From assembly GCA_051294375.1 (NCBI GenBank), contig CM119270.1, positions 99,355-163,354 of the forward strand: a stretch of DNA of 64,000 nt, written 5' to 3'. Position 1 is the stretch's first letter; each line of letters begins with the position of its first letter. The translations under genes and the position numbers were made by a program. This DNA is from Paraspadella gotoi (taxonomy: Eukaryota; Animalia; Chaetognatha). This document shows positions 1 to 35,562 of this stretch, piece by piece. Under the pieces are notes generated by a model that saw only the letters and a list, made by a program, of their open reading frames with translations, searched no databases and was not told the origin of the DNA.

Positions 1-55
1 TTTTGTGTGAGAGTGACCTTAGTTAAAATAAAGCATCTCTCATAAGAAAGCTAAA

Positions 56-173
56 ATATTGTAGTCGGCATTGCAACAAGTCCATGAGCTGATGGTTTAT
101 ATCAATGAGCCACTGGGTCAAGACTGAAAGATTATAGGCGAGGTTAAATTGTTGGAATGGCCGACTAAAATAT
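56..173 (-). mobile_element. Truncated family 1 copy (tRNA-like head) bounded by a 24-25 bp inverted repeat
   Basis: CATGAGCTGATGG...TCAATGAGCCACTGGGTCA..ACTGAAAG matches 12390-12440; inverted repeat 56-79 / 149-173. Confidence 0.7.
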
Positions 174-540
174 CACAGGCTAACCGTCTTAAAGCAGCAG
201 TTTGATCAAAGTTTTACAGTATCTATGTATCGAAATTTCACAGTATCTCTCCAAACGAAATCAGTTTCCTTTTTCCTTTTTTTTTCTCGATTTGAAAGTA
301 AATCGNNNNNNNNNNNNNNNNNNNNNNNNNNNNNNNNNNNNNNNNNNNNNNNNNNNNNNNNNNNNNNNNNNNNNNNNNNNNNNNNNNNNNNNNNNNNNNN
401 NNNNNNNNNNNNNNNNNNNNNNNNNNNNNNNNNNNNNNNNNNNNNNNNNNNNNNNNNNNNNNNNNNNNNNNNNNNNNNNNNNNNNNNNNNNNNNNNNNNN
501 NNNNNNNNNNNNNNNNNNNNNNNNNNNNNNNNNNNNNNNN

Positions 541-576
<36 letters not shown>

Positions 577-2570
577 GAAATAACTGAATCTCAATTTGAA
601 AGAAATTCCTTTTTTTCTTTTTTTTNNNNNNNNNNNNNNNNNNNNNNNNNNNNNNNNNNNNNNNNNNNNNNNNNNNNNNNNNNNNNNNNNNNNNNNNNNN
701 NNNNNNNNNNNNNNNNNNNNNNNNNNNNNNNNNNNNNNNNNNNNNNNNNNNNNNNNNNNNNNNNNNNNNNNNNNNNNNNNNNNNNNNNNNNNNNNNNNNN
801 NNNNNNNNNNNNNNNNNNNNNNNNNNNNNNNNNNNNNNNNNNNNNGAAAGAAGAACTTTTTGAAAGGAAATATGCGAGTACGGAATTGTTGTTTTACTTC
901 ATTTTTTGTCTGTCATCGCTAATCATTATCATCGTCGTTGTCGTCATCGTCGTTGTCATCGTCGACAACTTCATCGTCGTCGTCATCGTCGTCATCTTCT
1001 TTGACCTCTTTGACCTCAAATGTCATAAGGAGAAGATTTTCTTTCTTTTTCGTCAAAATCTGGAAAATTGACAAGAAAATTGAGAGGAAAACGACAACGA
1101 CGATGACGACGACGATGATGACGACGACAATGAAGAGGACGATGATGACGATGACGACGACAATGAAGGCGACCATGATGACGATGACGACGACAATGAA
1201 GACGACAACGACGACGATGATGACGATGACGACGANNNNNNNNNNNNNNNNNNNNNNNNNNNNNNNNNNNNNNNNNNNNNNNNNNNNNNNNNNNNNNNNN
1301 NNNNNNNNNNNNNNNNNNNNNNNNNNNNNNNNNNNNNNNNNNNNNNNNNNNNNNNNNNNNNNNNNNNNNNNNNNNNNNNNNNNNNNNNNNNNNNNNNNNN
1401 NNNNNNNNNNNNNNNNNNNNNNNNNNNNNNNNNNNNNNNNNNNNNNNNNNNNNNNNNNNNNNNNNNNNNNNNNNNNNNNNNNNNNNNNNNNNNNNNNNNN
1501 NNNNNNCGACAACGATGACGACGACGACGAAAATCGATCGAAATTTTTCGATAAACGTCAAGATTTTCACTGAGTCGCTTTATCACTTTCACACTTTCTT
1601 CATTTCTCTCTCTCTCTCTCTCTCTCTCNNNNNNNNNNNNNNNNNNNNNNNNNNNNNNNNNNNNNNNNNNNNNNNNNNNNNNNNNNNNNNNNNNNNNNNN
1701 NNNNNNNNNNNNNNNNNNNNNNNNNNNNNNNNNNNNNNNNNNNNNNNNNNNNNNNNNNNNNNNNNNNNNNNNNNNNNNNNNNNNNNNNNNNNNNNNNNNN
1801 NNNNNNNNNNNNNNNNNNNNNNNNNNNNNNNNNNNNNNNNNNNNNNNNNNNNNNNNNNNNNNNNTCTTTTCTCTATCCATTCTTCCTAACCTCTTATCTC
1901 CCACTTAGTTTTCATTCATTATTTTCCACTTGATCTTAAAAAAAAACACTTTTCTCGCAAAAACCCAAATAAAAAAAAAGAAAAGAAAAAGATTAATTGT
2001 TGCCTCAAACCAAAAACACTTTTTACAAAAAAATTTTTCCTCTTCACTTTTCCTTCTTTTTTGTTTTCTTTTGTTTTCTTTTGTTTTTTATTTCACTTTT
2101 CATATTTTTTTAAAGATTTTTTTTCTGTTTGCGATTAGTTAACGCTTGTATTTTTTTATTCAGTGACGTAAAAAGATTAATCATGTTTTTGTTTTCTAAT
2201 TTATTTTTCAGGAAGTTAATGAGAAGCAAAGGACACGCAATCAACATTTATTATTTCTTCGCATTGACTTTGCGTTTTCTCATTTCAAAAACTCCATCTT
2301 ACTATGAAATGATTATATAGATAATACAAGTTTTCCCTTTTTCTTTAAATGATTTTTATATCAATTTTAAATAAATGAATATATAATTTTTAAATATATA
2401 TAACCTCAATTGTAACTTGAATTAAAAGAACTAAATATTTACAAAAAGAAAATGAGCGAAATAAAGGATTTACCGAAAAAAAATAATATAAAAACAATCA
2501 GTTTTTAATTTGTGAATTTTATCTCAGAGAGACCACGCCTGCTTTTTATCCTTGATGACAAGCCGTGAAA

Positions 2571-2628
<58 letters not shown>

Positions 2629-2682
2629 TCATCAGGCAGCGTCAATCCAGAGGTGAGCCTACCTTTGCGTTTTAAGGATCAA

Positions 2683-2709
2683 ATCACGTGATCCTATTAG
2701 TCACGTGAT
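2683..2709. promoter_or_regulatory. Paired TCACGTGA E-box/CLEAR-type motifs
   Basis: ATCACGTGAT (2683) and GTCACGTGAT (2700) 17 bp apart in AT-rich DNA. Confidence 0.4.
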
Positions 2710-4189
2710 GAATCTGATGCCAAAAAAACGTGGAAGAGGAGGAAGAGGAAGAGGAAAATGTATAAAGGGAGGAAGAGGAAGATAAGGAGGAGGAAGAGGA
2801 AGATAATTGGGAGGAAGAGAAAGATGAATATAAGGAGTAAGAGGAAGTGAAAGATAAGAAGGAGGATGAGGAAGTTGAAGATAAGAAGGAGGAAGAGGAA
2901 GAGGAAGACAAGGAGGAGGAAGACGAAGATGAAGATATGGAGGAAGAGGAAGAGAAAGAAGAAGAAGAGAAATATAAGGAGGTGGAAGAGGAAGATGAAG
3001 ATAAGGAGAAAGAGGAAGAGGAGGAAGAGGNNNNNNNNNNNNNNNNNNNNNNNNNNNNNNNNNNNNNNNNNNNNNNNNNNNNNNNNNNNNNNNNNNNNNN
3101 NNNNNNNNNNNNNNNNNNNNNNNNNNNNNNNNNNNNNNNNNNNNNNNNNNNNNNNNNNNNNNNNNNNNNNNNNNNNNNNNNNNNNNNNNNNNNNNNNNNN
3201 NNNNNNNNNNNNNNNNNNNNNNNNNNNNNNNNNNNNNNNNNNNNNNNNNNNNNNNNNNNNNNNNNNNNNNNNNNNNNNNNNNNNNNNNNNNNNNNNNNNN
3301 NNNNNNNNNNNNNNNNNNNNNNNNNNNNNNNNNNNNNNNNNNNNNNNNNNNNNNNNNNNNNNNNNNNNNNNNNNNNNNNNNNNNNNNNNNNNNNNNNNNN
3401 NNNNNNNNNNNNNNNNNNNNNNNNNNNNNNNNNNNNNNNNNNNNNNNNNNNNNNNNNNNNNNNNNNNNNNNNNNNNNNNNNNNNNNNNNNNNNNNNNNNN
3501 NNNNNNNNNNNNNNNNNNNNNNNNNNNNNNNNNNNNNNNNNNNNNNNNNNNNNNNNNNNNNNNNNNNNNNNNNNNNNNNNNNNNNNNNNNNNNNNNNNNN
3601 NNNNNNNNNNNNNNNNNNNNNNNNNNNNNNNNNNNNNNNNNNNNNNNNNNNNNNNNNNNNNNNNNNNNNNNNNNNNNNNNNNNNNNNNNNNNNNNNNNNN
3701 NNNNNNNNNNNNNNNNNNNNNNGGAGGAGGATGAAGATGAAGATAAGGAGAAAGAGGAAGAGAAGGAAGAGGAAGAGGCAAATAAGGAGGAAGAAGAAAA
3801 GAAAGACAAGGAGGAGGAGGATGAAGATGAAGATAAGGTGAAAGAGGAAGAAGAGTGGAGGAAAGAAAGAAAGGAAAAAAATAAAAGGAAAGAAGGAAAG
3901 AAAAGATAAAAAAAGGAAAGACTTTCTTTAAAATGACAAGTATTCGACACACACTCCANNNNNNNNNNATCTTCTATCTTCTATTCGAACTTCTTTTCTA
4001 TCTTCTGTTCTAGCTTCTATTCTATCTTCTTTTCTTCGTTTTAGCATAAATAACAAAAAATTAACTGCAATTTAAGCAACATTAAATTTCTGGTTAGGTA
4101 CACAAGTGTTATAGATATGCAAATTAAAGGTCTTAAGGAACCTCACCTTCTTTCCAAACAGTATTACTTGAGTTATGAGCAGTTAAAAA

Positions 4190-4365
4190 GTAAGTAGGTC
4201 AGTCCAACAGACATAGCGACCGACCGACCGACCGACCGACCGACTGACACGACCGACCGACCGACGACCGACCGACCGACCTGACCGACCGACCGACGAC
4301 CGACCGACCGCAACCGACCGACCTTCTATACCCAGTGTCTTAAAGAGTTGCTTCGCGAATAACTA
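4190..4365 (+). mobile_element. (GACC)n microsatellite-bearing element, possibly Helitron/HINE-like
   Basis: (GACC)n at 4217-4323 followed by AGAGTTGCTTCGCG..., resembling the 3' hairpin end of such elements. Confidence 0.35.
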
Positions 4366-5058
4366 ATAAAAGATAAAAGAAATAGAAAATTTAAGGGAAA
4401 GTGGAAGATATTTTCTGTACATCAAACAATGCAACCATAAAGTAAGAAAAAGAAAAAGTTAAAAAGTTAAAAAAGTAATAATAAAACTCAACAGAATAAA
4501 AGTTATTGAATTAGTTCTGTCTGGGAACTTCCCAACTTCTGAAAAGTATGATTAGATAAAAATCACCAGAGTGGAAAAAAGGGAAAAAATGTAGCTCAGC
4601 CTTTTAAAAATTATGATAATGATAATAATAATGATAATGATAATAATAATGATAATGATAATGATCATGCAAGTGATGATTATAGTGAATTTTTTGCAGG
4701 AGAAAACCGTGACTTTCCATTTTTCAAAAGTGTGATTCCAATGGATTCGAACGCTTAACTTTCTCATCAGCGACATTTTAATTAAAAACGAAAAAATTAA
4801 TCATTTCACTCTGTCAAAAAAACGAAAAAATATTTTATTTCATACTTAATTCAAATTGTTTTAATTTACCTTTCTTTTTCCTCATTTTATGTTTATTTCA
4901 CTTAATCTTCTCTTTAATATTTTAATATCTTCTTCTCTTAATATAAACTCTCTTCTTTTCCTCCTCTCTTAAATTCCTATAATAATTCTATTCCCTTTTC
5001 TCCTTTCGTTCCAGAATTCTCCGTACATCTCGTGGGTCGAACTCCGTAGATTTCCGGT

Positions 5059-5104
<46 letters not shown>

Positions 5105-5109
<5 letters not shown>

Positions 5110-5180
5110 ACGTGCTGCCACGCGCCACTGAATATCGCATTGAGTCAAACGCGCTTTTTCCTTTTTCTACCGGAAGTGAA
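5105..5180 (+). promoter_or_regulatory. Candidate ZC3H10-like promoter (E-box, AP-1, ETS)
   Basis: CACGTG 5109, TGAGTCA 5141, CCGGAAGTG 5170 in a CpG-enriched patch 1.3 kb upstream of the ATG. Confidence 0.5.
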
Positions 5181-5747
5181 GCTCATGGAAGAGGAGGACC
5201 GATCGACCGACCGAACGATTATCGCGTTGAAAGAATAAATAAATAAAAAAGGAAAAAAAGGGGGACATCTGGTGGAACAAATTAAAAGCTAAAAAATAAA
5301 AACAAAAGTCAAAAGTCAAAAGTCGAAAAAAAAGAAAACGATTCTAGTTTTTTTTATTCGCTATAAAAAAAGGGAAACAAAATAAAGAGACTCCACTGTA
5401 TCAAATAAAGAGACTCGACTGTATCCAGGGAAAAACGACGAATTAAACGAACAAAAAAAGAAACAAAATAAAAAACAAAAAAAGAAACAAAAAACCAAAA
5501 AAAGGAAAATACAATAAAATCGAAAAAGAATTTTGTTAAAATAATTTTTATCTTTTGCGAAAAATTATAAAATGGACATTTACAATTAATGAAAAAAATT
5601 CAAAACATTAAACAAACAAAAACCAACAACAACAGCAACAACAACAACAATAACATCTTGACGAAAGAAACGAATTTCCTTTTTCATAATTTCATTTTTA
5701 TTTCGTGACCAAAAAATATTTTTCTTTCGCCTGACGGAAACATCTCT

Positions 5748-5935
5748 GCCGCCTGATTCAACTAACTCGTCCATCTGATCCAACATTTGTTCCGCCTGAT
5801 TCATCTCTCTCATCCGCCTGATTCATCTCTCTCCTCCCCCTGATTCATCTCTCTCATCCGCCTAATTCATCTCTCTTCTCCGACTGTTTCATCTCACTCC
5901 TCCGCCTGATTCATCTCTTTTCTCCTACTGATTCA
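5748..5935. repeat. ~22-23 bp minisatellite (CCGCCTGATTCATCTCTCTCAT)
   Basis: About 7 diverged tandem units. Confidence 0.85.
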
Positions 5936-6298
5936 TCCATCCCTACACCCGATTAACGTTGGTTTTGACTGAATCAAATTCCTTTAACCTCAGAGTCACA
6001 AGAATTTGCCTCATCTGACTCAACAAGGCTTTTCTGTCTGATCTCGTCTCGCCGGCTTGACCGGACCAGACCTGACCTTCGTCATCTTACCTGACGCAGC
6101 CTGACCATAACAAAAGAGGACCCTCTTCGCCTGACACAACCTCCTGACCAATTCTGACCCATTATGGTCCATTCTGACCTTTAAGGCCAAAAAAAGAAGA
6201 AATTTTCTCTCCACGTTTTTTCCCGCGATTAATTTTCTCACCTAGAAATCTGACTACATCACATCACACTTTAACTACATCAGCCTCTTATCCGTCAA

Positions 6299-6361
<63 letters not shown>

Positions 6362-6516
6362 TTTTTTCGCTTCACTCCTCACGTGCGAAACAGATAAACC
6401 AGATTTGGTGGAAGAAAGAAAATAAAAGGAGGAAAAAGAAAACAGAGGAAAAGAGAAGAAAAGAGAAGAAAAGAGAAGAAAAGAAAAGATAAAAAAAAAA
6501 GAGAAGAAAAGTAAAG

Positions 6517-29504
<22,988 letters not shown>

Positions 29505-29605
29505 AAAAAAAATAGACGGACGGACGGAAGAAATAATTGACAGACTCACGGACAATAAATTGACAGGTTCACAAACAAAAAAGCAGATGTGAAACAGAGG
29601 GTTAG

Positions 29606-29773
29606 ACGGAAAGAAATACAGTTGGATAGACAGAAAAACAGTTGGATAGACGGAAAGAAATACAGTTGGATAGACAGAAAGAAATACAGTTGGATAGACG
29701 GAAAGAAATACAGTTGGATAGACGGAAAGAAATACAGTTGGATAGATGGAAAGAAATACAGTTGGATAGACGG
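29606..29773. repeat. 24-bp minisatellite in ZC3H10-like 3' UTR region (GAAAGAAATACAGTTGGATAGACG)
   Basis: About 7 units. Confidence 0.9.
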
Positions 29774-31494
29774 ACAGGGAGAAGAAAAACTAAAGTTATA
29801 TATACTTAAAACCTAATAACGAAGATTATTAAAATACTTGAAGATATAAGAAATTAAAATTATGTTTAGATTTTATAAAAAAGCAATGATTAACTAAGTT
29901 TGTGAGATTGAATAATGAATAATACTATAATAATAATGATAATAATTATAAAATGAACGAAAATGAACAGAATAACAATGAGTGTGAGAGTGACGTTTTA
30001 ATGACGAAGACTGTAATAGTGATTTCACTGACTGTGAGATACTGATTTCTAATTTGTCGCGAAAAAAAGGTTTAAAATGGAAGAAAGAGAAAGAAAAAAA
30101 TGAGGGAGACGAAAATATTTATTCTTGAAAAAAAAAACAAAAAAAAAAAAACAAACAAAAAACAAAAAAGAAAAAAAAGAAAAAAAATTGTCTTGAAATT
30201 TGAAGCTTGAAAATTCGTAGATATTTTTTTTTAGATTTGGCTTGAAATAAAGTATATTAAGACAAGCGACGTTGATTTATTTCGTTACATTCTCGCGTTT
30301 TACAATCTACATCAGTAGGAGAAAGCCAAACATTTAGTAACAAATTTCGACAACGATATCTTTTATTCTTCACTTTTTCCCATAAAAAACGAAAAAAATA
30401 TTTAGAAAATATTTTGTATTTTGTATGATTAAGTTTAAAGTGTCGAATTTTGTTCTTTTATTTTAGAATTTTCGATCAAAATTTATTAGAAAAAAAAGTC
30501 GCATCGAAATTAGTTTAGTTTTGAGTAGAATCGAATTAATGCACAAAAAGTATAATTTATTTGAAATGTAAATGATTATTTTAATGTAAATATTTGAAAA
30601 AAAATTTTTCCGTCGAACAATATTTTGTTTAATTTATAACTAAAAATTGATAACTTAAAAACCTCGAAAAAAAGTTCCAGGAAAAACAAGGTTGTTCGTT
30701 TAAAATAAAAACAATTTGTTTTGAAATGTATTTGTTATTGTTATTTTTCTTGTTTTCGCCATTTATTATTATTTTTTTCATGCGTATATTTAAAACGTTA
30801 TCATTTCGCCTGAACGAAACGGGAGAATTCATACTGATTTTACTATGTATGTCTGTCATGTTGTTATATGCACGAAATAGTGAAAAAGTGTTTTTTTCTA
30901 TACGTCAGTAAAGAAATTATTGTGATTTTTTGTGAGTTTTTAAAAACTTTTTAATTAAAAAACCAAAAGTTCAACAATTTAAACCAATTATATTTTTTTA
31001 ATTTTAAAATTGTTTTCGTTGCTAATTTGTCAGTTTTACTTTCTTTTGAAATTGCGAAAAATACATGTGATCGATAGTCCTTTTGTTTTTTTTTTATTTT
31101 CGGTTGGTGATCATGATTCAAAAATATAGGATTAGTTAGTTTGATATTATTCGTTGCTGACATACTAGTTCACTTTCATGAAAAAAATATTAAAAAAATA
31201 TATTTAAGTACAAATTATAATTTGCCAATGATAAACCATACAAACTGTTCTTTTGTTTGTTTTTTAATTTCAAAAATATCCGGTAGATGATCATTTGTTT
31301 AGAAGATGTGGAATTAATTTGGTTTAATCTATGAGTTAAAAATAGTATTACTCTTTGATATTGTAGTAAAAGTTGATACACAATGTACAAAACTTTATAT
31401 AAAAAGTGAACAAATAAGAAAAATCTGTAAAAGATAAAGAATTATATCGTTCTTCTGCTCTATCATAAACCGGTTTATCGCTGAACTTTGACGA

Positions 31495-31536
<42 letters not shown>

Positions 31537-31670
31537 ATCTTCTTTGCTTCAATCGAATCTTTTCTCTGAAACTAAATTCAGTTTTATCTCGATTTCAGTC
31601 CAAAAAAATATATGAACAGGATTTTTATTAATCTTTAATTTTTATTTTGTTAATTATTTTATAATTTAAA

Positions 31671-31697
31671 ATGTCGTCCAGCGAAGGAACGAAAAAG
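31671..31697 (+). CDS. SLC25A10: SLC25A10 exon 1 (MSSSEGTKK)
   Basis: AAAATG context, AAG|GTCAGT donor, phase 0. Confidence 0.75.
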
Positions 31698-33224
31698 GTC
31701 AGTTAACAGATGCAATTAAATCTAAAATCAAATGTTTAGATTTAAGATTTAGATTTAAAGATTTATATTTAGGGTTAGATTTTAAGAGTTGTTCCCACTT
31801 AAAATATAAATCCACCAGTTACTATTTTGGTATAAGATTAAGTTTTATTTCGAATTTTTTGTGCATTAGCAAACTATTTATTTGTTCAATATCTTTAACT
31901 ATTTTTCACTTCATTATCAGTGGTTGTGAAAAATATACATGATCGGAGAGAGAGAAACATAATTTTAGAGAAAAAAAAATTATAAAAGAGTGAAAAAACA
32001 TACTATTTATATGTACAATTGAAATATTCTTTGAAACATTTTACCACTTCATTGATAAGGAAGCCAGGTACTCTGGTAGTGAATAAACGAGACTGTGAGA
32101 GAGTCTTGATTGAAAGCTTGCAGGGACCTGCTATGTCATTATCTTGTAAGAGTGATGGAGGCCTGAAACCAGCAAAGCCTGTCCAAAGTCAGGGGCAAGA
32201 AAGATCATTTATTAAATGAATGGATTATTTTGTATTAGTTTTTTACAGTTTTATAAGACGTTAAAGTTGACAAAATATTGATCGAGAAAAAACAAGGGCT
32301 GCTCTCTCGTGTTTGTTTGCGTAGTGATAATAATAATCTCATAATTAAACTAATTCTAACATAAATTTTACTCTGTGTCCTTCATTGCCGCCAGATTTCC
32401 AAATGGTACATGGGCGGATTGGCTTCAATGGGCGCTGCTTGTTGCACTCATCCATTGGATTTGGTCAAAGTCCATCTGCAAACACAACAGCAAGCGAAGA
32501 TGGGAATGTTGCAGGTCTGAGAAACATTTAGATTTATAAGTCAGAGAAAGATAAGATTTAGAAGATGGGAGTGTTGTAGGTCTTAGAAGCATTTAGATTT
32601 ATAAGTCAGGGAAATATTTAAATTTATAAGATAGGAATGTTGCAGGTCTGGAAAACATTTAGATTTATAAGTCAGGAAACATTTAGATTTAGAAGATGGG
32701 AATTTGGCAGGTCTGGGAAATATTTCGATTATTAAGTCAGGGAAAGATTTAAATTTAGAAGGAGGGAATGTTGCAGGTCTGAGAAACATTTAGATTTATA
32801 AGTCAGGGAAAGATCTAGATTTAGAAGATGGGAATGTTGCAGGTCTGGAAAAAATTTAGATTTTAAGTCAGGGAAAGATTTAGATTTAGAAGATTGGAAT
32901 GTTGCAGGAAGGAAAGATTTTGGTTTCCTTAGGTGGTTCTTAGGTCAACAATTTAAAAATTAAATAATCTTATCATTTAATATCTCTAGTTTTAACAGAT
33001 TCCATATACAGATCATATCACATTTAGAGATGATATTTTTACATTTACAGATGGGAGTCAAAGTTGCTAAGAACGAGGGATTTTTCGCTCTCTACAATGG
33101 ACTGACCGCTTCGTTACTTAGACAAGGAACTTATTCCACAACGAGATTTGCCATCTATGAGATAGGTGAAATGAAGAGGTGACTCTGTAAACATCTGTAA
33201 GATATTGAACTTATTTTACTGTAA

Positions 33225-33261
<37 letters not shown>

Positions 33262-33424
33262 GATCTCTCTCTTCTCCTTCATTCTCTTCTCATTCCCCTC
33301 TCTTCTTCCATTCCCCATTTCAAAAATCAACTTATTTCCCCTTTTTCCTGTCCTTACCTTTCACCTGTCCTGAAATCTGACCACTGTCCTTTCTCAATTC
33401 TTGTAGATCTCTCCTCTCCTCTCT

Positions 33425-33466
<42 letters not shown>

Positions 33467-35528
33467 ACTCTCTCTCTCTCTCCTTATATTTATGATTGTG
33501 TAAAATTACAAATGTCAAATGCTGATGAAGACTCGAAAAACAAGAGTCGAAACATGTCCAATACTCTGTAATAAAATCGTTTGTAAAAATATCTAAAAAC
33601 TTTCGTTTCGAATCTGCTGATATTATCTTTTTAAAAAAAATAGTATTTTTAATCTTTTCTTCATTGTCTCTTTTATCTTTTCCTCTCAATCCCCCTTCTT
33701 CGTTTCCTTCCTCTCTTACCTCCTCTCCTCCCTCTTTTCCTTTTTTCTCCTTTCTTTCCTCCTTTCCTCCCCCATCTAATTCCTCCTCTCCTCCCTCTTT
33801 TCCTTCTTTCTCCTTCTTTTCCTCCTTTCCTTCCTCATCTAATTCCTCCTCTCCTCCTTCTTTTCCTTCCTTTCCTCCTTTCCTCCCCCTTCTAATTCCT
33901 CCTCTCCTCCCTCTTTTCCTCCTTTCCTCCCTCATCTCCTTCCTCTCCTTCCTCCTCTCCTCCTTCTTTTCCTTCTTTCTCCCTCCTTTCCTCCCTCCTT
34001 TCCTCCTTTCCTCCCTCCCTCTCTTCCTCTCCCTCCGACAAACAGTCAAAGCCCGCATAACTCCGCCCGACGGAATTCTCCCTTTTCCTCAAAAAGTCGC
34101 TTTGGCGGCTTTTGCTGGTTTTTGCGGCGGCATTGTCGGTACGCCGGCCGACATGGTCAACGTGAGAATGCAGAATGACATGAAGTTGTCGGCTGAAGCG
34201 AGAAGAAACTATAAGCACGCGGTTGATGGATTGTATAGAGTTTATAGGTGAGAGAAAAGAGAGGAAGGGGAGAGAAGAGAAGATAAGAGAAGAGAGAAGA
34301 AAAGAAAAGAAATGATAATAGAGAAACACTTCGATTGTTTTAAATCAGCTCTCTATCTGTAATGCCATCTCATCTCTATCTCGCCTTCTCTTCCCATCAT
34401 CTTTACCTCCATCTGTAATGCCATCCCATTTCTATCTCGCCATCTCCTCCCATCATCTTTTCCTCCATCTGCAATTTCATCTCATTCCATCTGTTCCCCT
34501 CTAATTTTAAGCGAGGAAGGGATCCGCTCTCTCTTCTCTGGCGTCTCTATGGCTTCATCAAGAGCTGTGATGGTCACCATAGGACAAATTAGCTTTTATG
34601 ATCAGTTTAAGCAAATGCTCATCGCTTCAGGTAAGAATATCATCGTTATCATTGTCATCATCAACATCATCATCATCATCATCATCGTTATTCTTAATTT
34701 CATAATCATCGTCATCATCATCATCGGTTTTATTACTATCATAATAATCATCATCATCGTCGTCATCATCATCATCTTCATCATGGTTATCATTGTCACC
34801 ATCATCATCATCGGTAACATTACTATCATAATCATCATCATCATCATCATCAACATCGTTATCATTGTCATCATCATCATCATCATAGTCATCGTCATCA
34901 TGACCCTAACTCCATCCATCCATCCATCCATCCATCCATCCGTNNNNNNNNNNNNNNNNNNNNNNNNNCGCTCTCTCTGGCGTCTCTATGGCATTCATCA
35001 AAGAGCTGATGAATGTCACCATCAGGACGAAAAATTAAGCTTTTAATGATCCAGTTTAAGCCAAAAATGGACTCATCGCTTCAAGGTTAAGAATATCATC
35101 TTATCATTGTCATCATCAACATCATCTTCATCATCATCCATCAGTTATTCTTAATTTCATTAATCATACACGTCAATCCATCAATCATCGCGTATTACTA
35201 TCATAATAATTCATCCATCATCTCGTCCATCATCATTCATCTTCATCATTGTTATCATTGTCACCCATCATCATCATACAGAGTAAAATTACCTATCAAA
35301 ATCATCATACACTCATCATCATCAACACTCGTTATCATTGCTCTCATCATCAATCATCATAGTCATCGTCATTCAATGACCCTAACTCCAATATCCATCC
35401 ATCCATACCATCCATCCATTTCCGTCCGTCCGTCCATCCATCACCATCCAACAATCCATCCATCCCATCCATCCATTCAATCCATCCGCCCTCCATCGAT
35501 CCATCCATCCATCCATCCATTCATCCAT

Positions 35529-35562
<34 letters not shown>

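Noticed and set aside
4552-4776. Divergent minus-strand gene starting MSLMRKLSV
   Set aside because: Good ATG context, but no recognisable homology and no consistent downstream exon chain in a gap-rich region.
34969-35090. Mutually exclusive duplicate of SLC25A10 exon 5
   Set aside because: Abuts an N-gap, lacks an acceptor, and has long-read-type indels in both exon and intron parts.
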